The notes beneath the pieces are model-generated. The model had not been told where the DNA came from, made no database searches, and saw only the letters and a list, made by a program, of their open reading frames with translations. The translations under genes were made by a program, and so were the position numbers. Shown piece after piece: positions 27,201-41,000 of a stretch of DNA of 64,000 nt. The stretch is from the NCBI RefSeq assembly GCF_003704095.1, contig NW_020844728.1:62001-126000 (forward strand), read 5' to 3'. Origin of the DNA: Pocillopora damicornis. Its lineage: Eukaryota. How positions within the stretch are numbered: the first letter of the stretch is position 1; each line of letters starts with the position of its first letter.

Positions 27201-30200
27201 ATGTGAAGTTTTTGGTGAGTCAAGTTGAAATTTTTAAAACCCAAGCAACTATCGTGAAGTTAACTTAAACACTGATTTATTCTTCTTTCGGGAGTGTTAA
27301 TTACCTGTACATGTTTCCTATTCTTAGTTCTCCTCCTTCGCTCAATGAGTTCTTTGGAGTCATGTGTTCTTCACGTATTAATAATTAACTTTTGCTTTGG
27401 GTATTCAATGATGTGTTAATACGTCATATCTTCACGTTTAGAGATTGTGTGACTTAAGTTATCAGCAACTTCTGTAAAAGCATTCATTAGTTTCTATTAT
27501 AACGGTGCTGATACACGCTAAGAAACCACTTGTGATAGTAATGATTACGTATTTTCTAAATATTCACCCCTGCTTTAACCAGTAAGCAACTGAAAAACAT
27601 ACATGATCTGATACAGTATTTCAAAATTGGCGCCGCTTATGGCGTGGAAATGAAAGGAGGGAACTGGGTGAAGCTGTTCTTATTTTATTGTGGAACAAAC
27701 CTTTGGACGTTTCAGCCACAATCAAGATCGAAACACAAAAGCTAGAAAAGAACCTCAACTCTCTTCCATTTCATGGCTTTGCTCGCCTGCTATTTCTTAT
27801 CAAGTGTTCAGTTGTGCAACAAGGTACAGATCTGACCAATGGTCCAAAGGCCAAATCATGAAATGGTTTTAATATGCCATCTGTGGACTCCGATGCTCTA
27901 TATTTTCACGCTTTTCTAGATATTTAACAAAATCACAATACTTCTCAGAATCTAAGTACTGATCAGTACAAATATTTAAAAATCCTCGAGTCTTTCTGGC
28001 AATGACATTGTGATTTCTAACCTGATGTTCAACTTTTGAAAGAAACCACACTTCTACCATTGGCCGGGTCCTTTTCGTATTAAACCAGGAGAGAGGTGAT
28101 CCATGAGACGACGTGGCAGCCTCTGACCATTCAGTTCCTTTTTGGGGTTAGGCAGCTCGCAAACCTCACGTGGGTGATAAGAGCTTCCTCGCAATGAACA
28201 AAAATGGTATCACTGTATGTTGTACATGTATTGCTCTTGGAGTCTTAGGCCGAACTGAGCACAGCAGAATGGAAGATGAAACAAGGTAATAATACCAAAT
28301 TTCATGGCACCTGTAGATTTGATAACCACATGAATTAAGTCATCAGACTACCGTGAGAGGGGCAGGCCATCGCTAAGTAAACCACATAAAGGTCTGTCAG
28401 GTGGCCACCCAGACAAAAAGATCGCTCGATATGGCTCATAATTGATCCTTCGTAAATGATGTCAGTTGCTTGATAAATAGCCCACAACGAACCTCTGAGA
28501 CGGTTTCCTGTTTTGTCGTAGGATTTTTTGAAATGACGGAAACGTGATCTAACTTGACCATTTGAGGCCCGCTTTCACTGAGCTTTTCACTTGCACCTGA
28601 TGGGATGAACAATTACACGGTTATCTTAATCCCGACTTGATAAATTTCTCATTTCTCCTCTTCAGCATTCATGAGAATATGCGAATTGATATCTCAGAGA
28701 AAATTCTGCTCCTGAAAAAGATTCCCCTTTTTTGTCGATTCGGGTTGTTAAATTTATTTTTCTTCATCTTATAGAATAAATCGATGCAAAAAATCATTTT
28801 TGTTTGCTCTAGCACCATATTCTATTTTATTAGAGTCCAGCGTCACAAACGGACCGTTATTTTTAAAACATTGTTGCAGTGTAATTTTGAAACATACTCA
28901 AGATCTTAGTGTAGCATACAGTTCCTATTGGCAGTAGGAAACACTTGCATGAATACGGTTCAGATCGCCACGCTTTGTCGGTTTGGTTTAACCAAAGATT
29001 GCATAGCTCCTCTATCAGTTATCGCCATCTTTGCAATTCATTAATAAATAATTCTCGTTAATCCAGCCTCCGACCATTCTCTTGTCACAGTTGGACAAGT
29101 CTAGTACAGGAAATTGCGCCCAATCAGTTCCGACCCCGACAAAGAGATAAGAACAAACACGCTATCACCAAAACACACTATCATACGACCACGGCGTTCA
29201 GTTACTGCTAAAATGCACCATTACAAAAAAATGCATTTTAGATACAGATATCACTTTCACACACTAAATTGTCTCTGAAGCTGAAGCCAGGAGCGAAACT
29301 CACCTGCCCATATCGGCCCTTTTTTATACGGCCATTCTCACCTAGGAATGTAGCCATTATCTGTTTATTAATGTCTAGAGTTTTCTTTTTTTTAATAAAA
29401 GAATTACTAATGTTTTATTTTCATGAAAACCATTTATTTTTGTTAACTGGAATAACAAACAAAAACTAATTGCTTTGCCTCTGTAATCGCAAAATCGCTG
29501 CTAATTTTTAATTACAGGAAATCAATGTGACAATTTCATTTTTGATCTGATCTTAAGAATTGTGTCTTAGAGAGTGTAGAAACCATGATTTTGTTTTATA
29601 ATGAAAAAATTGACTAAAACTGAATGATTCACTGCTGATCAACAAAAGCGACACAATCAGTTACTTTACAACATTGTCCGTGCTTGAACTAAGGCGAGGC
29701 TCCTTTCCACCCTTTGAAGACGTCAACTTACGTGGACGTTTGATGAGCAGGCAGAAAGAAAATAAATGAAGGTCTGATTATATCTCTGGCCGGCTTGGGT
29801 TATCGCATAGGCAATTGAGGTAATACTAAAGGTAAAACCACCTTAAGGGGGAATTGGAGACACCAAGGTTCCTTTGGTTGCTTAATTCTAAAAACAACTC
29901 CGTGGCTGCTCGTACTTTTATCCTCAGACTGTTATATTTCGCCGACAGACAAAATCCTTGTAAAGTGTTGAATTCTCGCAAGGAACCGACAGTATACTTG
30001 ATCCGCGAACGCTCACTTGAAGTGTTATCAAGGATGCCTTCTGATGAGAAGGTGATAAGAACTTAATGAAATTCTTTGTCAGAGATCTGTTGGAATGCGT
30101 CATTGACAACTTCTGTCTTGTTAGTTCTGAGATAAGAAACTGACTCGCGCAAACAAGGTCTATTGATTTAGCAGTATTTACTCTTTCATCAGTAAATACG

Positions 30201-33200
30201 GCATTTATTTCTAAGTGAAGATCAACTATTAGCAACAAGTTTTAGTTGTGATTAGTTGGCTCATGGTGTCCTCGTTGGTCGAAATGGCTGAATCGGAACA
30301 ATCTCCATAGACTCAGTGTGGTCTTGAAAGGATGAAAAATGAGCCCAGGTTCCGACACAAAAGACGTGATAATTGTCTTGACACAAGATCTCTGACTGTT
30401 GCCAAAGAATTCGTGTGCTAATCACGACCTGGTCATTATTTTGACTACGCAAACCCAGTGTATCTCCGACACGTACCTCTTGAAATCAGTGCGTTAACAA
30501 GACAGGGGGCACAATAAGGGTCTAGGAATTTTTGGTAAGTTGTGTTAGGGAACTCTTTCCAATCCAGTTCCATTTTGCACAATTGTTATTTTTCTACTTC
30601 TTAACTATCCTAAACAAAGTTACTCTATAAACACGTTCATAGCAATCCCGATCGTATAAGCCGTTCGATGATCCCTCCATGCGCTCGACTCAGACGTATT
30701 TGAAGAATGAAACTAGCTCCAAAGATTTTTACCATTTTAACAAAGAGGTCAGATCCTTCGAATGTGACCTAGCATATTTAGGGTCTAATAACATAAAATA
30801 GGCCACGGCCAATTTTAAAGAAACCAAATTTTAATTCGGAACTATAATTCAGCCGTTGGTGACAATCAAATTACCTGACTGGCTTATTACTTACTCTAGG
30901 TCAATAATCTAACGACACAATTCTCCACGCAATCGATGATAAATAAATCATCGGAGCTAAGAAGCTGCCAAAAGTTTATTTTAATGCCTTGTTAGCATGC
31001 ATAACTCGTTACATATGATATATGCCTTTCCTTGGTTTTAAAAACTGAAATATGTCGTCCTTTTGTGTAACGTGATACAAAGCCTCTAAACCAAGATTGG
31101 AAGATAAATGTTTACTTTTAGAGCCATGTGTCAGGTACTGCGAATTGTTTGATATCTCTGGTTCTTTTGAGATAAAATTCTTGCGGAACATTATCACCAC
31201 TGATGCATATACAATTAGAAGACTACATTGGTTGATTAGCCAGAGCGTAGACAAACATAAACAAGTAATCTAAGCTTCTACTGTTTCTAACAAGACAAGA
31301 CCATAGCGAATATTGAAATAATCTTTAGACAGCCATTATTAACTTGCGTAGTTTATCATCTTGTACCTTAGATATTTTCATTTAACTGTCGAAAGGTTTT
31401 TCCAAACTGTAAACCCATCCCCTCCACTGACGATCTTTATTAGGTTCTCAGTTTCGGTTATGAGCTGCTATCACCGTAACATATGTTTCAAGGCAATTTT
31501 TTAAACGCGCCCAATGGTTTTCGAGCACCCTAGGAGACTCAATTACCCTAGATGTATGGATATAGGAAATATTGCAAAGGTTTTTACGTAAAGTGTAGGA
31601 AGATTATTAATTTTTGGGCCTCTCCTTTTGAGAATTGAGCTCAAGAAAATGAACTTTACTCAAAGTAGAAAATTGAGTTTGTGAATAGTTACGAAGTAAA
31701 TACTATCTTTTCATATCTTTGATCTGATGAATGACACACCTGCCGCCTGTCGACATATTTCTCATCATCACTTTGCATGTAGAAAGTAAATAATAATTAT
31801 ATACCAGTTAATAATTACAACATACTAAATTCTCAATACCTTCAATCTGCGATAACGTCAAATCTGATTAATCATGAATACTTTGAAGTTTCAAACTTTA
31901 TGTGGTGGTTGAATGCTTCCTTCGCAAAGTAGACTAGTATTTAGAAAGTAGGTGTGGTGTTAGTCCACTACAGGTTACCTCGAAGCTTTTCGTCAGTTTC
32001 CCCTCACAATACCCTAAGGGAAGACGAGTATTTTGAGAGTAAACTACCCGGCGAAAAACGAAACAAAACAAAACAAACAAAAACACAACGAAATGACTCG
32101 GTCAGAGTTACAACCCGACCTTTCGATTAGAGTTCATCACTGAGGATGACCTCAACACCTAAACATAGTGAGGGGACCTCTCAAGTGGGAGTGAATTTCT
32201 GTCCAAAAGATGAAACTGCCAAGAACTATGAACGTACTCCTGAATAGCCATCGCCAGGAGCCCTTCATCTAAAATTAAAAACAAACTCCTGCTCTCATTT
32301 AACCTGTTTAATTGGTCACACATGTGTATTTCATCTACTGGACTTGAAAGTTAATTCAAAAATAAATACTCCTTTTACAATATTAATGAAGCTTAATTGG
32401 CTAATAAGATGGTCCAGAAGTAGACGAAGACAATCTTTTGTTTCCCCCGTCAAACTCTAATTGCAATGGGCGTCTCTACAAAAAACACAATTAAAACTCT
32501 CAGACAACTAGGCAACTATATTGCAGATCGTAGAAAAAAGATGCATCGAGAAATGAAGCAGTAGCGATAACTCAGTTATATAGCAGAGTAGATCAAAGAA
32601 AAAAAGAAATTTCAGGCTTGCGATAGACAAAATTGATGGCAAGTTTGAAGGTAGCTCGTTGTTAAAACGACTACAGTGAGCAGCGAACGAAACCGCCATC
32701 CTTTCTAACAAGGAAGGTGTTCACGCTGCTTGGATAAATGATGAAGACGTAGCCCTTACTTAGTGGAAAATGACATCAATTAGTTGTTTTTACTATAGGA
32801 ATAATAGCGTCAATTTCAACTTGCCGTCGCAAGCTAAGGTTGCGTGTAATGAACAGTGCATCGATCAGCAAAACTTAAAGTTTAATCAATGCTCATATCG
32901 AAGGCTTAGATTTTAAAAAGGCGTATCTTTATTTAATTTTTTTTTAACCGGTAAAGTGAATTTAAATAAGTGTTCCCCCATTACTCTTACCACTGGCATG
33001 ATGGGGAACATTGAAGACTTTCAGGTCATCATTGCGATCAATTTAGCAAAAATTTGATATCTTCAAGGATCTGGAATTAAGAAAAATACGTTTATTGGCA
33101 CATCATGGAATGGTCAAATCAGTTTAATGGTCGCATAGCTGAACTTGGTGTTCGTTTACAACCATCTGTCCCGCTGTTAAATATCATCAAAGGTAATTTT

Positions 33201-35038
33201 CGGCCCAAAACCTTCCAGCTTAATAGGTTTGACTGTTCTTAAAAATGTTGTCACCAAGAACTTGAATTGAAAACATAAGCTGTTTAGGATGACAGTACTT
33301 TTCAACAGCGCTAATTTGAATTATGGCGCAATAAAAATTCATTGTGCTTACAGAGAGACAATCCTTTTTAGACTTTTTAAAATCGTATTAGTGCTCTAGA
33401 TGTTATAATGAACAGATTGCGTTGGGGCAAAGGAAAGCGTTATCCATACAGTGGTCCAATATAGTACAAATAACACTTTAACAGCCGTGATGAAGTGGCT
33501 TTTTCTGTTGTTTATTACATAGAGCTTGAGAAGGTGGATGATCTTTCACGCGTCTTTGCGACCGCAAAGGAGTTCCAACGACGATGGAAATTTTTGCGGA
33601 AAATCAGTTTATTGTCGGCGGTATTTACAGGGTTGTGGAACATTTTGTAACTCACAAAAATTCACTGGCACAAATCAAAAAAATTCTCTCCCGTGCGGTA
33701 TAAAAGTGATTTACTTCGTGTTGCTGAATATTCTGGGGTGGGGTTACCCGGGTTAGTGAGTGATTACCCATTTCGAGCCTGATTCATGATGGATCACTAA
33801 ATGTTCTGCGATCTTCCACGATATGTTTGCAATATTACATACTTCATATCTTTTGGAGCTTCCGGAGAGGAAACGGCAGTTCAAACAAAGGCATATCAAA
33901 TTTTATCTCAGGAAGCGCTTTCGTGACTTGTTTGACAAATATTACTTTTGAATAATGGCTTCAGAAGCACCAGCCTTCCAAAAAGTAACCAGACGAATAT
34001 AACTTGTTTTCCTAGCAGCGCCATGTTGTCTTGTACTCTAACCTGTAATATAAATTACACATCAAATATTTATTTTTGTTTTTTATTGGAAAAAAGAGCG
34101 AAACTGAGCGGCAAATTGGAGCAAGTCTCAAATAGACTAGTGACTTTTTAACCGAACTACCAACCCTTTGAGCTCGGGAACATATGTGGTCGTTCTCTCA
34201 AAAATTGGATCATTGCTTTTGATAGTTGAATGGCAAATACAAATTTTGTGTTCTTGAATTGTTAAGTTTTAGGCCTCCTACTTTCGAAGCCGTTTTAACT
34301 TGATTGGCACCTCTTTACAGCGACTTTAGATGTCGAATGGCAGTAGGATAACATGAAGTATTTAATACTTACACGGTCCATTATGAGATTTAACCTCGTA
34401 TGAATCTCATTATATTGATCTGCGACTGTTATCAAATTGTTTAAGAGTATCTGAAGTTCTTCTTCAACAGCCTACAAATAATTTCCGAATAAATCTCTAC
34501 CGGTCTCATGTATGGCAATTAAAAGACTGCTAATAAGGTGCAAAGAGCTTGCTGAATTCACGCCTGGTTGATTTTCTTACAGACAAGAGGTGAATATGTA
34601 TGAAGTTGATTTACTTACGTTCCAGTGCGTTCTGTATAACACTTTGCCATTGTCCCTCATTCTGTTTGTGCGGGCCAGCTTAATAATAGTTTTAGCAATA
34701 ATTCAGTTGTCAAGCAAACTTTCTCAATTATTGTCAGTGTGTCAACGGAGTTTGAAGAGACGAAGAGACATTGTCAAACTTATCGTCTTATAAGTTTGTT
34801 CACCGGCAACGTCTCAACATATCTTGGCATGGGGTTACAGTGCTGGGATTTTTCATAAGTTTACATTGTGGAGCAAACAGCGTAGAAAGGACACTAACAC
34901 GACATATTAATCATCTGCCCTCTTTATGAAACGAAGTCATAAACCGTGAAGAACAACATGTAAGTTTTGCATCTGAATCCAGTTTCGGGAAAGTCTGTCG
35001 AGTTCTTCTAATTATGAGTTTTGTGTTTGACAGAAACA

Positions 35039-38000
35039 ATGTGGAATTCACTTCTGTGGACAACATTACTCGTGCTGATTACCCAGTGCTGTTCGCAGTC
35101 GTTTCAGGTAAGAATGAATCGATTTTTAAGCTGTTTAGTCCCTTTTTCTCCTAACAGAAAGAGGTAAAGTTACAGTTTGTTATTTAGTCCACGCGGCTGC
35201 CAAAAACCGTTAACCAGAGCGACTTATGATTATCTTATGTGTAATGATCGTGTGAGATGCACATGTTTCCTATACAAATTGTTCAGCAGTAGAATGGCTT
35301 CTTTCCCTTAAGTGTCTAAAATATATTTCTGGAGGAATATGTCACGAGAGTGGAAGACGCAGTCATGTATGAAAAGAAATAAATAACTATTGAGTTAATG
35401 CAATACTTTGCCCAAAGGTTTAATTTTTTTTTGAGGTCTCGCTGATAGTAGTCAAGAGCCTTATAAATTTATCTCCCCAAAAAGATAACATCTCTAGCAT
35501 TCTCACAGTGAGCAATTTACAGCTCATTAAGTGTTAATGCGTGAGAACATGGAACGTTCTCTAGATGTAAATAAGATATGATAACTTGCCGTTTAAATCG
35601 GATATTATTTTCAGTTAGTGTTTAATATTGGTCTACGACGACGGAACAATTGTAAGGACCTAACAAGGACGGAATTGAGGCGATCGAATAAATAGTTTAA
35701 ACGGCATTAGAACTGTCGTGAATTCACCCTGCTTAATGAGATAGATATACAATTCTGCCTTAATCGAATTCATTGGCCTAACCACAAATAACTACAATTG
35801 ACAGAATCGGTGGGAAGTAGATAAATGTGATGCTAATTTCAACCCAATATGGCCCAATGAGAAGGAAACAGAAATGTCAAAGCTGATCATTTCGATGATG
35901 AATAAGTCTAAATCTTCAAAGAGTAATTTCAAAGCAGCCCTTGAGAGCTTCTTAAAGTTTTTTCCTATTTAATCTGCGCTTTACTTTGTAATAATGAATA
36001 ACAGAAATTTCCAGAGTCAAACCGCAAGTTCAAGATCTAGACTCATAAATTGGCCTCAAACGTTGAACGTGTAAAAGAAAAAAACATTCAAAGACTTCAC
36101 CAATAGGTATCAGTTTAATAATATATATATATATATAGATATATGTATATTGATTTGGCCACGTCGATACTTATATACTCATAGTATAAAACAAAACTTC
36201 TGACCAGGGTTGCGAGTGACACTTCAACTGGAATCAAACTATCATTTACGCAAAACGTCTCGCTGCATCACGTTATCTCCTAAGCAGTTCTTCCCTTCTA
36301 TAACTTCAAATAGTCAATGAACTTATCAGTGTCTAAAGTGCAGGTTTCTGTCACCTGGGATGTCGTTTCAACGACTATTAGAATTTTTAAGTAATCCACA
36401 TGGGAATGAGCTATGATGTTGTGGCTAACAACGAAGGTTATGATTGACAAGTTCCAAATTCTCACCAAACCACCATAAGCCACAGTATTCGGTTTTAGAT
36501 CGATAAAGAGTTGTGTGTATAAAATTGTGGACTGAAGCATTAGAAGATGTCCAATGAGAACAAAACGCCGGACCATTACTCTGCAAATGTTCGTTTTTTG
36601 AAGGGACAATCATTTTAGAAAACATAGCTTGCACATCACTAGAACCCATGCGTCAATTGTATGATAGGAATTCATCGCTTCAAGGATTGCTGCCCAAACA
36701 CCCCATTAGTAGAGAAAAAGGCGACGACACGTTTTGACTTGTGCTGGTCTCAAGCATTTTAAACAGCATCATTGAACCGAAACATCAGTGTCTGTTAAGT
36801 TCTATTTTTCTGCCTTGAAATATATATTATAGAAAAGGGTACGAGAGATAAGGATTTATGGAAGCATTATGTAACGTCTTGAAGTCTTAAACCCAGTTAC
36901 CAACTGGATTCAAATTTGGGCATAGAATTGTGGTAAATTATTTCTTTGTTGTTTTTCTAAAATCGGAAGCGTAAGCCACCCATTGTTTGAGGTATTTTTA
37001 GCCGGATAATTATCGTCAATAAAACTATCTCAGTAAAACACTTTGTTATGCAAGGCTTTTGTGTACCTTCTATGGAATTCATTGGTGACTTCGGCTTGAA
37101 AGAAATTTTATTACGTTCACAAGATGAATGAAGCCCAAACATCCTTACATAAAATCACGGTTGTCAGCATTGCGACTCCTCTTTATCAACAACTCAACAT
37201 AACTTTGTTTTCTAGACAAATACCTAAGATGTTCACCGCTTCATCCCCGTCCTCCGACTGATAATATATTTTCGTGATAACTGACAATAAATTAAGGTCT
37301 TTTCGTTAAGTTATTCGAAGTATTTCGGGTTATTATTGTTTGATATTCGGTAGGTTTTGACATGTGCATATACCTTTCTGTTCAATTTTTCTCTGATGTA
37401 GTTAGAAAGTATTCCGTGTTATATTGTTGACCATTAATTAATTCCTAGTGGTCTGCTTACCGGAGAGATAAGTGGGGTCCCTGGAGTGACTGGTCTCCTT
37501 GTACTCGTTCATGTGGCGGAGGCACTACATTCAGGACAAGGAAATGTTTAGCCACCTCCAGGTTTGTACTGTTTTTTTTCTTTTTCTTTTCTGGAAAAGG
37601 AGCTATTTTCAGCACCTCTGCCCTTGACACTCGACAACAACAAAATCTAAATAAGGATGTAGTCGCCCATATTTTCATGGAAAAAAAACTCCAAATGGGT
37701 AATTTTATCGAAAAGTACCAGCAGCTTATAGATTAGTTCATCCTCCCTATATTAATAAAATTGATTATTTATGTAAGACTGGAAGGGTTTTCCGAAACAA
37801 AACGGAAAGGTTATGGAACAGAAATAAGCCACGTGAACATGTATTTGCCATTTCTGTGCTCTTAAACTGTGGGATTTTTTTCTCTCAACTGCTCCGTGAG
37901 CGCAGAAGAAAACTAAACGTCCAATTGGCATTTGAACAAGAGAGGGTTGGGTGAAGACCATGACAAATTTCGTCTCGTCCCCATTGCTTATCGTCTCAAT

Positions 38001-41000
38001 CTCTAGCCACCTAAAGGACTTGTTCCTAATCGATAAAAATCAGACTGCCAGCGATTTGATGGGGACAAAGCTCTACTGAAAGCCTCAAGCGTCAAATAGT
38101 CATGTTATGAAGGAGAAATGCTCCGATGAGTCATATAAATTAAATGAACCATAATTGATAGAGATCACGGGTGGCTTATAGGAAAAGCACACGTGAAGCA
38201 CGATTATCTCGACACCAGCCTGTGTGAAATATACAGATTACGTGAAACCTATGTGTGAGGTCAGCTTTATTTTTTTTTCCTAAACTCTGAAATACTGAAG
38301 TTGAGCAGCGTGCATCTTACAGGATGAGCAGCTTTTTAAGTTCTCCAAGTTGTGAGCTCTTCTGTTTCTCAAGTTCATTCGGATTATAGCTCAAAGCATT
38401 GCTCAAAAAAATGTGTAAATTCTCTTGAATTCTTGGTTGAAAAGCTTCTTCGATAAATGTAAAGACGAAAAAAAAAATTTCATATCATTAGCTGTTTCTC
38501 TCGGCTTCCAGAAGTGGCAGTCTTCCTAAATATATACTGAGGGTGTACAAGCAGTATGGCGAAAACAGAGGAAGATGTCTGGGAAAAGATATTCAGTACA
38601 ACACTTGTAATATGCAGGTATGTTTCCCTTGCTTGCTATGATGATAACTTATCTTTGAATAGGGATTACTTTATCTCTGGGATCAGTTGGCGGTCAGGTA
38701 ACAAAGTTGCGTCAGCAGACATTTGAATCGATTATTAATCAATTACTAGTCAGCAGTTAGATATGCTCTGGAAATTAACTCTTTCAATTGCATTGTAAAA
38801 TAAGAAGAAATGTGTGGCTCCCATGAGAACGGTTTTAGACTGCGCCCTTTCTATTTCTTTGTTACTGGATACAACCAGGCTGTGATCTCAACGCAGTTAT
38901 ATGGCCCCCATGTAAATTCTCTGGAACCACAACCTGCTCCACGACTCAAAACCTTGTTTACCATACTCGAGAAACGTAGATTAAAGGAATGGGCTCGAGA
39001 GCAAGTCAGTTTTGGTAGCTACGACTGGTAAGAATATAGTGGAGACTTCAGTGATGTGGCTTCTTATTCTTCATTTTTGTCCGTCGATAAAGTTCTCAAG
39101 CAATAAATTATTATAAAAAGTTAAAAGAAAGTAAATCCAGGAACATAGTTGGGCGGTCAACAACACTGTGGAGGGCTTAAAGCTTACAAAGAAGCTTTTG
39201 TGATCATTCATTTTTTATTCACTACGTATAAATACCCTCAGAAAAAGGATACAAATCACAAACAACCTTACACTGAATGTTGTATTTTAGACCAATGATA
39301 AAGTATGATTAGTCTCCACACAATCTAATTTGCCATCAGTTTAACTTTGCAGCCACAGGCAATAAGGTGGATCCTTAAATGGAATTCGATGCATACAGGC
39401 AGGACTAAGCTACAGCCATTTAACAGCCAATTATCTTAATATGAAACTACCATAATGCTATCATGGTTTTTATCATCAACAAGACCCTTCTTGAACAGAT
39501 AATAAAAGCTTGACTTTCAGCTCTGAGTGATATGACTAACATACAAGCGTCAAAAGTCAATTTTACGATGAAAATAAACCTATCGGAAACCAATTAAAAG
39601 TTGAAATAAACAAAATTTTGTCGAAGTCTAGTATCCATGTACATTGAAAAACTGATTTCTTCCCTTATTTATCGAGTTCACCTTTGTAATCTCTGGGAAT
39701 CATCTTTGATACACACACACACAAATGGAATTTGTAATCCTGTTTATTTGGATGGGTTAGACCAATTATCGGTCGCATCTTTTATGTGCGGTTCGCGAAT
39801 GTTCTAACTAGCTGACAGCTCTCTTGATAAACACCCTTGTACTGCGAACATGACCCTGGAGAGCACTGTGAGTTATTCAATGAATATAATCATTATTCAC
39901 CAGTGTTAAAGGTTTATTCAGTCAAGCGTGCGGCGCTCAGTAAAAGCAATGCGGCGGCAATCATAGCAATGGATTCTTTAGACGCGAGGATATTGATGAT
40001 CATTTTGTTTAGTATAGCTGGGTACAGTGCACAGGACATTCGCGAAACATCGCAGTTACGATGGAATTTAAGAAATCTAATAGAAGCAAAGCTGGATCAA
40101 AATGGTGACAGCGATGTACATTCTAGCCTGGTTAGGTACTACGTCAAGACATTGCGAGAGTTGAATTTTGTTAAGTTCAGGAAGAACATTTACACCAAGA
40201 ATACAACTAATCACCGCCTCACCCCTCCTCAGTGTTCTAACGTAGGTATTTGTTGGAGGTAGTGTCTTTCAACTTATAAAAATTTCACACATGCAGAGCC
40301 TAACGACAAAGCATTTGTCGACTTTAACAAAACAGCTAAAGGTTAAGTGGTAAACGACTTAGCAAATGTAAACATATATATTCGGAGTGGTCTTAATTCG
40401 TTTTTGCGGCACTTAAAAGACCACTAAATTGCTTTATCTCTAAAGTCTCATCCATACCAATTCTGAAAATATGAACAGAGTTTTCACTAAAACGTTTTTT
40501 TTTCAATAATAAGCATGGTTAACTTATGAACTGTAGACAGTTTTCTAGGTCTCTTCTAGTTTTAACTGTCGGGGACGAAAATCTTGATCAGCATCAGTAA
40601 CTTGTTTTCATCTTAAAAACTACCAACCTACGCACAGAGAATTTTTCTTCTCCTAGTCTCAGCGAAATCGACACATGATTTATCTTCTTCAAGGCTGCTA
40701 TGTATCTAGTTTCGTCTGTTCAAAGTGTTTATTGATTAAAAGTTCTCTAAAAATAATCACATCAGTATTATCTCTAGAAGGAATGATCACAGATATGTTT
40801 GATGTCTGAATTTAGTTTCTGATGAATCAAAATCAAATAATCTACAACAAGATAACTTAAAAAGCATACATGAAATCACTCAGTATAAGTTATATTGATA
40901 AAGCGTTATGCAGAGGTTAAACCGCGGTCAATGACCTACTCATGTACGTAAAGCACTCTTTGTTTCAGCTTATTACGATGTGGAGTAAATGTGACTGAAC

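Noticed and set aside
36298-36649. Overlapping minus-strand ORFs of 103 and 74 aa
   Set aside because: No recognisable motif; they lie in a THSD4-like intron and are probably chance ORFs.
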